In this document: piece after piece, positions 49,213-58,238 of the stretch
Layout of the letters: each line of letters begins with the position of its first letter
Position numbering within the stretch: the stretch's first letter is position 1
DNA from: a virus
IMG/VR virus record: IMGVR_UViG_3300006802_000092
Span: 6,815-70,814 of that record
DNA: 64,000 nucleotides
Direction: 5' to 3' (one strand)
Program-made: the position numbers and the translations under genes
The notes under the pieces: generated by a model
What the model saw: only the letters and a program-made list of their open reading frames with translations
Databases searched by the model: none
Told to the model about the DNA's origin: nothing

Positions 49213-50145
49213 ATGAGAGAAAAACTGCAAATCCTAAAAGATGTTCTTGGTCAGTACCGTGTATCTAACCAGGAGCATCTTTTTTTATGTCCATACTGTA
49301 ACCATCACAAGAGAAAATTCTCTGTTAACATAGACAAGAATGTATACAAGTGTTGGGTTTGTGACACAAGAGGCACAGACCTTTATCAAGTCATCCGTAA
49401 GTATGGTTCCTTTTCCCACGTTCAGGAATGGAGGATCCTTACAAATAAGGTGGAACTAGATGGGTTCGAAAATATCTTTGAAGAAAAAGAAGAAAAGACA
49501 GAAGAGATAATTGATCTACCAAAAGAATTTAGGTCTTTAGCAAACACTAATACAATCTCTGCCCAGAATGCTCTCAATTATCTTAAGAGCCGTGGTGTAA
49601 CTCAGAAGGATATACTACGCTGGAAGATTGGCTTCTGTGATGAAGGTGAGTATAGAGGCAGAATTATTATCCCGTCCTTTGGAATGGCTGGTAAAGCTAA
49701 TTTCTTTGTTGCTCGCTCATACGATGGAGATTGGATGAGGTATAAGAATCCTAAGGTAAACAGGAATATTATCTTTAATGAACTCTATGTTGATTGGGAT
49801 AAAGATCTTATTCTTGTAGAAGGAGCCTTTGACGCCATACGAGCATATGACATTGGCACTCCAATACCTCTTATGGGTTCTACGTTGCGGATAGAGTCAA
49901 AACTGTTCCAAGCCATTATACGTCATGATCCACATATCTATGTTGCGCTCGATCATGACGCACAGGATAAGGCTTCCAAGATAGCCAATTATCTTATGAG
50001 ATATGGGGCAAAAGTCTCTATTATTGATACATCTGGCTATGAAGACGTGGCAGAAATGCCAGAAAACGTTCTCGAAATTAGAAAACAACAAGCAACAGTA
50101 ATGAGCGCAGATAACTATTTATTCCAGAGAATAAGGAGTCTATAG
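49213..50145 (+). CDS. DNA primase (Zn-finger + TOPRIM)
   Basis: CPYC.H...CWVC zinc domain; RIIIP; ILVEGAFDA; ALDHD. Confidence 0.92.
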   Translation: MREKLQILKDVLGQYRVSNQEHLFLCPYCNHHKRKFSVNIDKNVYKCWVCDTRGTDLYQVIRKYGSFSHVQEWRILTNKVELDGFENIFEEKEEKTEEIIDLPKEFRSLANTNTISAQNALNYLKSRGVTQKDILRWKIGFCDEGEYRGRIIIPSFGMAGKANFFVARSYDGDWMRYKNPKVNRNIIFNELYVDWDKDLILVEGAFDAIRAYDIGTPIPLMGSTLRIESKLFQAIIRHDPHIYVALDHDAQDKASKIANYLMRYGAKVSIIDTSGYEDVAEMPENVLEIRKQQATVMSADNYLFQRIRSL

Positions 50146-50146
50146 T

Positions 50147-51367
50147 ATGATCAAGATATCAGATGAAGACATCATGTCTTTTGTCAAGGAATCGCTGGAA
50201 AAGGAAGTAAAGCAGAGAGGTTTAATAAAAGAAGTCGAAGAGGAAGGTGCAAAACAAGATTCTCAATGTGAAGATTTAAGAAACTACCCATCCTTCAACA
50301 TAACAAAGGTATGGGGCAATCTATCAAGAAGCAACGTACCTGCTGCAAAAGTTAAAGAGGCAGAGTTAGTCCGAAGCATTTTTGATCAAGCCTTTGCTGG
50401 TACCCAAAGATATCCAGCTGGCTCTAAACAAGGCAAACTTAGCATTGGTGGAAGATTCCGAGGCAAAAGCTTTAAAGATAAGATCGCAGCGATTAACGAC
50501 TTAAGTACAGTACCTATAGAAAATATAAACCCTGCTAATGGTCTGGCCTATATTGTTGCTATGGATAATCTTCTGGCACTTAAGAGTTCTCTATTTCAAA
50601 CACAATCACAAGGCTATCTTAATGAAGCCTTTATGGCTGCGCTACTGTCAGGTTTTGTAGAAACCAACAAACTAGAAGACATTAGGATTAGCGGGCCAGA
50701 TGAAGATACTAGTACTCCTTTTAGCCTAAAGCTTGTAAACAGAACAAGCGCCAGGAGACTTTCTAACAGTTTTAGTTATTTTAAAAAGTTTTTTGATAGT
50801 GGGCAAAATCAAATAACGTATATTGTTGCGGTTAAGCCGGATGATCGTTCTTTGCCCGAAATACGGTTCTATTCTATTGTTATTGATAAGCCGAATGGTT
50901 GGGATGATGCAGAAACTGATATAGACAAAGTAAAAACCTTTATGGCCGATACAAAATATAATTTTTTGAAGTTTGAATGGAAGGATGAGAAGAAGGAAAA
51001 AGTTCAATCAATAAAGCAAGACACAGAGCCTTCACAGCTAGCAGGGCTAGCGACAGAAAACACCGAGCAAGTACAGATCCCAGAAGGGAAAATCCCAAGC
51101 AGAATTTTTTTTAGTGCTTTTGACGAGACAGCAGCAGAAAATTTTGCTACTATAAAGCTCCCGGACGAAAAGGGGATGCGAGAAAAAGCACAAGCTGTTT
51201 TGGCTAAATACAATAAATATTTAAGTGATATATATGGTGACTTAGAGCACATTCGGTGTTATACAAACAACTACCTTGCAGGAAACAAAGGCTTCGCCGG
51301 CGAAGCTCTAAAACGAAGCGCAAGATTGTCAGACAATATTAAACAAGTTTTTGGGGAGGATAAGTGA
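50147..51367 (+). CDS. Hypothetical protein with LxE-rich leader and possible restriction-endonuclease-like core
   Basis: Preceded by ACTATTTA (50114-50121) and SD AAGGAG; GYLNEAF...EDI...FSLKL motif. Confidence 0.5.
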   Translation: MIKISDEDIMSFVKESLEKEVKQRGLIKEVEEEGAKQDSQCEDLRNYPSFNITKVWGNLSRSNVPAAKVKEAELVRSIFDQAFAGTQRYPAGSKQGKLSIGGRFRGKSFKDKIAAINDLSTVPIENINPANGLAYIVAMDNLLALKSSLFQTQSQGYLNEAFMAALLSGFVETNKLEDIRISGPDEDTSTPFSLKLVNRTSARRLSNSFSYFKKFFDSGQNQITYIVAVKPDDRSLPEIRFYSIVIDKPNGWDDAETDIDKVKTFMADTKYNFLKFEWKDEKKEKVQSIKQDTEPSQLAGLATENTEQVQIPEGKIPSRIFFSAFDETAAENFATIKLPDEKGMREKAQAVLAKYNKYLSDIYGDLEHIRCYTNNYLAGNKGFAGEALKRSARLSDNIKQVFGEDK

Positions 51368-54300
51368 AATTTGCTCACATAGCTGACACACACATTAGGA
51401 ATTTAAAGTATCATAAAGAATATAATGAAGTATTTGATCAACTTTATGCAGCGATTGCAGAAGAAGATGTAGATTACATTATACATTGTGGAGATATCGC
51501 ACACACAAAGACACAGATATCTCCAGAGTTTGTGGATATGTGTTCCGCTTTTCTAAGTAAACTAGCTGACATTGCTCCAACATATGTGATCCTTGGTAAT
51601 CACGATGGCAACCTCAAGAATACAGGTCGTCTCGACGCCTTAACGCCGATTGTGGAAGCGCTTGAGCACCCCAAGCTACACTTGCTTAAGGATTCGCAAG
51701 AGGTCTATCTAAGGGATGGTTTTTCACTCTCTGTTCTATCTGTATTCGACGAGGGCAACTGGCAAGATCCATCTAACTATGACAACGTTAATATTGCTCT
51801 GTATCACGGCTCTATTTCCAACTGCCAGACAGACAGCGGCTGGGTCATGGAAAAGGGCGAGCACGATATAAGCATATTCGAAGAGTTCGATTATGGCTTC
51901 CTAGGAGACATCCACAAGCCGCAGGCGATGGACAAGAAGGGTAAGATCCGCTACGCGGGCTCAACGGTTCAGCAGGGCTTTGGAGAGTCTGAGGACAAGG
52001 GTATCCTGATATGGGATATCCAAGACAGAGACAACTTCACTGTTAAGCGTGTTACGTTCAAGAACCCAAAGCCTTTTGTTACTCTGGAACTAAAGGGCGG
52101 AAAGGTTCCAAATATGCCAGTAGACAGGGGTGCTCGTATTCGCCTTGTTTCTAACGAAAGCATCTCGCTAGAAGAAATGAAGAAGGCTGTTGACGTAGCA
52201 AACCACCAGTATAAGCCAGAGAGTATTACATTCTTAAACAGAAACATTAGTCAGAATAGCCTTGATGTGGGTACTGTTGATGACATTAGGCATGACGATC
52301 TGCGTGACATTGTTGTGCAGAGAAGACTAATCAAGGAGTTCTTGTCGGACTATGGGCTAAGCGATACTGTGATGAATAAGATTCTGCAGCTAAACGACAA
52401 GTACAACCTTATGGCAGAGGAAAAGGAAGAGGTTTTAAGGAACGTTAACTGGGCTATTCGCAGTCTCAAGTTTGATAACTTGTTTAATTATGGCGAAGAC
52501 AACAGTATTGACTTTGCTAAGCTTAATGGCATCATCGGTATTTTTGGAAAGAACTTCTCTGGCAAGTCAAGCATCATCGACAGCCTGTTGTTTACCATGT
52601 TTAATACTACCTCAAAGAACGAGAGGAAAAACCTAAATGTAATTAATTTTGATAAAGATTATGCTCGTGGAGAACTTGAGATCCTTACAGAAGACGGGAC
52701 AGTGTGGAACATCACGCGCCAAGCTGATAAGTATACAAAGAAGTCAAAGGGCGCTCAAGTTACAGAGGCTAAGACAGACCTTAACTTCACCTGTACTTCG
52801 ATTGATGGTGTGAAGTCTGAACGTAATGGCCTTACAAGAAACGATACAGATAAAGAGATTAGGAAAGTGTTTGGTACGGTTGATGATTTCTTGCTTACCT
52901 CGATGTCATCACAGCTAGATTCGTTATCTTTCATTAGAGAAGGCTCCACAAAGCGTAAAGAAATATTTGCCAAGTTTCTGGATCTTGAATTGTTTGACAG
53001 AAAGTATAAGTTTGCCAAGGTAGAAGCGTCAGACCTACGGGGGGCGCTCAAGAGACTTGAAGGAAAGGACTATGCGTCGGATCTTGACCAAGCGTTCTAC
53101 GACCTAGAAGAATGCATTCAGAGCCACAAGGACAAGCAAGAGCAAATCAAAGATATCTCCGAAAAGATCGAGAGCTATAGGAAAGATATAGCCACAACAC
53201 AAGTGAAGATTGATGGCACACCTACAGAGCTTATTGACATTGTCTTGCTAAAGAGACAGCTACAGGACAAAAATAATCAACTTGTGTCAGTAACTGACCA
53301 GCAGTCCGAACTAGAGCAAAAGATTAATAAGTATACCGAGGTCATTAGTACCTTTGCAGATCACATTGAGTCTTTTGATATAGATTCGTACAGGACTAGG
53401 GTGGAAAGAAGCTCTAAGATTGATGAATTTATGAAAGAGCTACGGCAAAAGACTAATGAGGTAACCAGAGAAAAAAGACAAAACGAAAGACAAGCCACGG
53501 CCCTAGAGGGGATCCCCTGTGGTACTTCTTACCCTAAGTGCAAGTTTATTAAGGATGCTTACGTAGCAAAGGCCAATCTCCCAGTGAATGAGCAGGAGCT
53601 AACAAAGTTAGACTCACATAGGGAAAAGCTGCAAGAAAAGCTTGATGCTCTAGACCCGGAAGAGGCACAAGAAAAAGTCGACCAGTTTGAAGCAATCCTT
53701 GCCAGGAAGTCTGAATATGAGACTGCTCTTGAGAAGGCTGTCCTAACGATTGAAAAGAACAAGGCTATAATTTCTAACCTCAATACCGAAATAGAAACTT
53801 TACAAAAAAGAGAAGATCAGTATAACATCAACAAAGAGGCTATCGATGGGCTCAGCACCCTAATGGCGGAGAAAAAGACTCTTGAGTCTGCACTTAGCTC
53901 CGCTCAGGTCAAGAAAAGAGATTTAGATAACGAGGCAAAATTCTTGTACAAGAAGCTTGGTTCGCTTGAGCAGAAGATAGAAAATCTCAGAGATCAGCAG
54001 GCGGAGCTTGTCAGACTCCAAGAGGAGTATTCTGCATATGACCTTTACCTTAAGTGCATGCACAGCAATGGGATTGCATATGACATCATTAAAAGCAAGC
54101 TACCGGTCATTAACGAAGAGATTTCTAAGTTCTTGATGAACATAGTTGATTTTGATGTATATTTTGAGGATGATGGGAAAAGGCTGAATATCCATATCCA
54201 GCACCCAAACCAAGACTCAAGGCCACTAGAAATGGGCTCGGGTGCTGAAAAGACCATTGCTGCAATGGCAATTAGACTAGCTATGCTCTCGGTCTCTAAT

Positions 54301-54507
54301 TTACCCAAAGGCGATGTGTTCATTCTTGACGAGCCAGGGACAGCACTTGACGAAGAAAATATGGAAGGCTTCACAAGAATGCTTGACATGATTAAGTCTC
54401 ACTTTAAGACTGTATTGCTTATCTCGCATCTTGAGGCTTTGAAAGATTGCGTTGATACCCAGCTTATGATAGAGAATAAAGAAGGATATGCTTTTGTAGA
54501 GTGCTAA
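51364..54507 (+). CDS. Fused Mre11/SbcD nuclease - Rad50/SbcC ATPase (T4 gp47-gp46-like)
   Basis: ADTH, GD, GNHD, GDIH phosphoesterase motifs, then Walker A GKNFSGKSS, coiled coil, GSGAE signature, Walker B FILDEPG and ISH, all in one frame. Confidence 0.92.
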   Translation: MKFAHIADTHIRNLKYHKEYNEVFDQLYAAIAEEDVDYIIHCGDIAHTKTQISPEFVDMCSAFLSKLADIAPTYVILGNHDGNLKNTGRLDALTPIVEALEHPKLHLLKDSQEVYLRDGFSLSVLSVFDEGNWQDPSNYDNVNIALYHGSISNCQTDSGWVMEKGEHDISIFEEFDYGFLGDIHKPQAMDKKGKIRYAGSTVQQGFGESEDKGILIWDIQDRDNFTVKRVTFKNPKPFVTLELKGGKVPNMPVDRGARIRLVSNESISLEEMKKAVDVANHQYKPESITFLNRNISQNSLDVGTVDDIRHDDLRDIVVQRRLIKEFLSDYGLSDTVMNKILQLNDKYNLMAEEKEEVLRNVNWAIRSLKFDNLFNYGEDNSIDFAKLNGIIGIFGKNFSGKSSIIDSLLFTMFNTTSKNERKNLNVINFDKDYARGELEILTEDGTVWNITRQADKYTKKSKGAQVTEAKTDLNFTCTSIDGVKSERNGLTRNDTDKEIRKVFGTVDDFLLTSMSSQLDSLSFIREGSTKRKEIFAKFLDLELFDRKYKFAKVEASDLRGALKRLEGKDYASDLDQAFYDLEECIQSHKDKQEQIKDISEKIESYRKDIATTQVKIDGTPTELIDIVLLKRQLQDKNNQLVSVTDQQSELEQKINKYTEVISTFADHIESFDIDSYRTRVERSSKIDEFMKELRQKTNEVTREKRQNERQATALEGIPCGTSYPKCKFIKDAYVAKANLPVNEQELTKLDSHREKLQEKLDALDPEEAQEKVDQFEAILARKSEYETALEKAVLTIEKNKAIISNLNTEIETLQKREDQYNINKEAIDGLSTLMAEKKTLESALSSAQVKKRDLDNEAKFLYKKLGSLEQKIENLRDQQAELVRLQEEYSAYDLYLKCMHSNGIAYDIIKSKLPVINEEISKFLMNIVDFDVYFEDDGKRLNIHIQHPNQDSRPLEMGSGAEKTIAAMAIRLAMLSVSNLPKGDVFILDEPGTALDEENMEGFTRMLDMIKSHFKTVLLISHLEALKDCVDTQLMIENKEGYAFVEC

Positions 54508-54537
54508 ACTAATTATTATAGTTAATTTGGAGGAATA

Positions 54538-54729
54538 ATGACTATGGCAAAAGCATTTGTAGACAAGGGTTTAGAGAAGGTTCTTTCACGCAAGCTACTT
54601 GTGTGGGCAACGGCTACTGGTCTAGCCGCAGCTGGATTCTTGACGAGTGGAGACTGGGTCATCATCTCAGGACTTTATCTTGGAGGTCAGAGTGTTATTG
54701 ACGCAATCGTTAAGCTCAAGGGGGTATAG
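54538..54729 (+). CDS. Putative holin-like membrane protein
   Basis: 63 aa, two hydrophobic helices, LSRKLLV motif; preceded by ACTAATTA (54508-54515) and SD GGAGG. Confidence 0.5.
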   Translation: MTMAKAFVDKGLEKVLSRKLLVWATATGLAAAGFLTSGDWVIISGLYLGGQSVIDAIVKLKGV

Positions 54730-55106
54730 TGTCTCCCTTTATAAGTTTTTTAACAAAACACTGGAAAGAATTATTAATTGGATTGTTGCTTTTAATCGTA
54801 TCTGTCTCTTGGTACTATGACAGATCTTCTTTGGTCAAGAGCTTTGATAGCGCAACAGAAAGGTACGAGAAAGAGCTTTCAGTAATCAAAGATAGTCACG
54901 CTCGTGAAGCGAGGCTACAGAAAGAAATTATTGAGAAGTACCAAGCCAGAGTTAAAGAACTTGAGACTGTCTTTAGGGAAACACAGAGGGATCTAGAGGC
55001 TGCGAAAGATACTAGAGCGGAGGAAGTAGTCACCCTAAGAAGGGACAACCCTGAGCTACTGGCTAAGCAGCTAGAAAAAGCATTTGGGTTTGAATATGTT
55101 GAGTAA
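54729..55106 (+). CDS. Putative i-spanin-like protein
   Basis: N-terminal TM helix followed by a long coiled coil. Confidence 0.45.
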   Translation: MSPFISFLTKHWKELLIGLLLLIVSVSWYYDRSSLVKSFDSATERYEKELSVIKDSHAREARLQKEIIEKYQARVKELETVFRETQRDLEAAKDTRAEEVVTLRRDNPELLAKQLEKAFGFEYVE

Positions 55107-55539
55107 GGTTGCACAAATATTAAGTGTCACTTTAGTTCTGTGCAGCACGGCGGTTGCAGGGGATGGAAGCTTTGCTCTAGTTCCTAATGGCGGTCGTGTA
55201 CCATTTCAAGCTACATGCTTCGATGACATTGCTACTGCAGAGCTTCTAACTTGGAGGGAGTTCCAAGAAAAAGAATTTGAAAACAGGCTGAAGTTTGAAT
55301 TAGCTCTACAGGATGAGAAGTATACTCTGGAGTTGGACTCCTTGAAGATTAAGCTAAATGAGGCCGTCTTTAGATATGAGCAGCAAATCCTACTAAGAGA
55401 CGAAGAAATAGAGTCCTTAAGGGGTATAATAAAGAAAGATAGAAAAGTAAATTTACCTTTAGTTATAGCTGGTAGTATCGCTGCTGGCATAGCTATAGGA
55501 GTGGGGACGGCATATGCGATTGATAAAGCTATTCAGTGA
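55096..55539 (+). CDS. Putative spanin-like envelope protein (signal peptide, coiled coil, C-terminal TM)
   Basis: Signal-like N-terminus ending AVA; C-terminal LPLVIAGSIAAGIAIGVG. ATG 55096 (ORF track start 55084). Confidence 0.45.
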   Translation: MLSKVAQILSVTLVLCSTAVAGDGSFALVPNGGRVPFQATCFDDIATAELLTWREFQEKEFENRLKFELALQDEKYTLELDSLKIKLNEAVFRYEQQILLRDEEIESLRGIIKKDRKVNLPLVIAGSIAAGIAIGVGTAYAIDKAIQ

Positions 55540-55717
55540 GCACCCAAGAAACGTAGGGATGTCATACCTTAGCCACTTTGTGCGTGCTCTGGTGTTTTCG
55601 TTCCTACTTACTTATGCTGCAGTCATCTGTTTGATACATGCAGTATTTCCATTTTTATTTGAGCATGATGCATCAAGCATAGTTTCTATGCTTAACAACG
55701 AAATGAGGGCACTATGA
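55514..55717 (+). CDS. Small membrane protein (DUF6356-like)
   Basis: F.EHP..VGMSY..H...IHAVFPFLF...AS pattern. Confidence 0.6.
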   Translation: MRLIKLFSEHPRNVGMSYLSHFVRALVFSFLLTYAAVICLIHAVFPFLFEHDASSIVSMLNNEMRAL

Positions 55718-56100
55718 AGGATCCAAATAGGATTGCAAGGATAGAAAAGGCCATCGCGCAAAAGTATGGACAAGAGGCAATTGAAAATCCAAGAAAGTAT
55801 TGGAACGACGAAAAAGAGGAATCCTACAAAGAGCAGCTTAAAAAGCTTGCAGAAAAGGAGCGATTCTTCGAAGAAAGCGAAGAGAAACATGAAGTCAATG
55901 GGATTTTAGTTTCTAAAAAACTAATTAATAGAGAATTCGTAAGGAGAGACTGTCCTGTTTGTGAAACTTTTTCTTTTAGTGTGAAGGATGATGCTTACAT
56001 GAGTAAATACGATTGTTGCTACAATTGTTATATTCAGTGGGTTGATGGCAGAGAAGAAAGGTGGCTAACAGGCTGGCGTCCAACAAAGGGAGACAAATAA
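55714..56100 (+). CDS. Hypothetical zinc-binding protein
   Basis: CPVC...CCYNC motifs. Confidence 0.65.
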   Translation: MKDPNRIARIEKAIAQKYGQEAIENPRKYWNDEKEESYKEQLKKLAEKERFFEESEEKHEVNGILVSKKLINREFVRRDCPVCETFSFSVKDDAYMSKYDCCYNCYIQWVDGREERWLTGWRPTKGDK

Positions 56101-56648
56101 TGGCAACCACTTTAGAAATCATCAGAGGGATCTCACAGGCAGCAGCTAATGCATATGACGGCGCTCACATGGAAAGCTACTCGTCTGATGGCAAGGCAAG
56201 AAAGGTTGGCCTTAAGCGCGAAGAGGGAAATCCGATTACAGATAAGCGGGTTATGGATGGTTTTGGTGTCTCTTTCCACGGACCAAAGCTAAAGATCTCC
56301 TACCATTCAGAGGTTATGCTCAAGGAGATTTATTCTACTCCTTTTGAGTCTAACGTAGAATCTATGATAAATGATATTGCCACATTTCTTAAGAAAGAGT
56401 ACAAGGCAATCACAGGCGACTCCCTTACCCTAACGGCAGAGGGTGATGTTAACGTAATCGTTCAAAATACTTCAAGAGTTCGTACTTGGTGCCAGGCCCA
56501 CAGGATGTACAATATTGGTACCATAAACGAGGTTGAAGAGGTAAAAGCTCCATCTGAAGACCGCATGGACGTTAAGTTCAGAACTTTCCTAGACAACGGT
56601 GGGTTTGCAGGCAAGAGACCAGAGAACGATTCTAGAAAGAAAGAGTAG
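56100..56648 (+). CDS. Hypothetical protein upstream of terminase
   Basis: ATG 56100 overlaps the upstream stop (TAATG); SD GGAG (ORF track start 56061). Confidence 0.65.
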   Translation: MATTLEIIRGISQAAANAYDGAHMESYSSDGKARKVGLKREEGNPITDKRVMDGFGVSFHGPKLKISYHSEVMLKEIYSTPFESNVESMINDIATFLKKEYKAITGDSLTLTAEGDVNVIVQNTSRVRTWCQAHRMYNIGTINEVEEVKAPSEDRMDVKFRTFLDNGGFAGKRPENDSRKKE

Positions 56649-56654
56649 GCCAAC

Positions 56655-58235
56655 ATGGCTTACCAGCTAACAAAGAAGGAAGTCTTAAGAGAGATTGTTA
56701 AGTCTGGTAAAGACCCGGCTTACTTTATCAATAACTATTGTAGGATCTCTCACCCTCTTGAGGGCTTAATTCCTTTTAAGACTTTCCCATATCAAGATGA
56801 TATGTTGGTTAATTTCAACGATCATCGCTTCAACATCATACTAAAAGCCAGACAGCTGGGCCTATCGACAATCGTTGCGGCCTATGTTGTTTGGCTGCTG
56901 CTATTTCATCGGGACAAGAATGTTTTAGTTATGGCAACTAAGTTTGCAACAGCAACAAACTTGGTTAAGAAAGTAAAGAATATTATGAAGAACTTACCGG
57001 ACTGGATACGGATTGCTGAAATTAAAATCGATAACCGTTCTTCTTTTGAGCTAAGTAACGGCTCACAAATCAAAGCAGCGTCCACGTCTGGTGATGCTGG
57101 ACGTTCAGAGGCACTCTCTCTTTTGGTTCTGGACGAGGCCGCCCACATTGATGGGTTAGGCGACTTGTGGACGGGCTTGTATCCCACTCTGTCAACTGGT
57201 GGTCGGTGTATTGCCTTGAGTACTCCAAATGGTATTGGTAACTGGTTTCATAAAACATATATCGATGCTGAAGCTGGAGAGAACGACTTCTTCCCCTCCA
57301 ATCTACCGTGGGACGTTCATCCGGAGCGAGATCTTAGATGGTTTGAAAAAGAAACAAGAAACATGTCAAGACGGCAGATCGCACAGGAGCTTGAATGCAA
57401 CTTCAACACATCTGGCGAAACTGTAATACATCCTGATGATATCGCGGTTGTAAAGGAAACTGTTAAGGAGCCAACTTACAGAACGGGCTTTGACAGAAAC
57501 TATTGGATTTGGGAGAGGTACATAAGTGGTGAGAATTACTTACTTGTAGCAGACGTAGCTAGAGGTGACGGCAAAGACAGTTCTGCTTTTCATGTATTTA
57601 AAATCTCTACAATGGAACAGGTAGCCGAGTATCAAGGGAAGCCAAGTCTTGATATGTATGCCAGCATCTTAGACCAGGTTGGGAAAGAATACGGTAATGC
57701 TCTGTTGGTAGTTGAAAACATTGGTATTGGAATTTCCGTACTTGAGAAGCTTGAGTTGCTTGGGTATACAAATATATACTACTCCCTGAAAGGGACGCAC
57801 GAATACATTGAGCAAGAAGTGGCTTATACAAATAGCAGTTCTGTACCAGGTTTCTCCACGACTGTTAAGACTAGGCCGTTAGTTGTAGCTAAAATGGAAG
57901 AGTTTATAAGAAATAAACTAGTTATTATACGTTCGAATCGCCTATGTAACGAAATGGAGACTTTTATCTGGAACAACGGAAAGCCACAGGCAATGAGGGG
58001 TTACAACGATGACCTTATCATGTCTTTGGCGATTGGTTGCTGGGTCAGAGACACAGCCTTGACAGCCAACAAGAGAGAGATGGAGTATCGAGAAGCCTTT
58101 TTCAGTTCTCTAGTTTCTACAAATAAAAGACTTGACACAAGCATACCTGGCATGTTAGGACATAATAGTTTTGACAATAGAAAGAAAGCGGCACTACAAC
58201 AGCAAGAACAGTACATCTGGTTAATGAAGGGGTAA
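56655..58235 (+). CDS. terL: Terminase large subunit (T4 gp17-like)
   Basis: KARQLGLST (Walker A), LVLDEAA (Walker B), STPNG, QELEC.F, ADVARG.G.D.S, DDLIMSLAI. Confidence 0.95.
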   Translation: MAYQLTKKEVLREIVKSGKDPAYFINNYCRISHPLEGLIPFKTFPYQDDMLVNFNDHRFNIILKARQLGLSTIVAAYVVWLLLFHRDKNVLVMATKFATATNLVKKVKNIMKNLPDWIRIAEIKIDNRSSFELSNGSQIKAASTSGDAGRSEALSLLVLDEAAHIDGLGDLWTGLYPTLSTGGRCIALSTPNGIGNWFHKTYIDAEAGENDFFPSNLPWDVHPERDLRWFEKETRNMSRRQIAQELECNFNTSGETVIHPDDIAVVKETVKEPTYRTGFDRNYWIWERYISGENYLLVADVARGDGKDSSAFHVFKISTMEQVAEYQGKPSLDMYASILDQVGKEYGNALLVVENIGIGISVLEKLELLGYTNIYYSLKGTHEYIEQEVAYTNSSSVPGFSTTVKTRPLVVAKMEEFIRNKLVIIRSNRLCNEMETFIWNNGKPQAMRGYNDDLIMSLAIGCWVRDTALTANKREMEYREAFFSSLVSTNKRLDTSIPGMLGHNSFDNRKKAALQQQEQYIWLMKG

Positions 58236-58238
58236 TAA

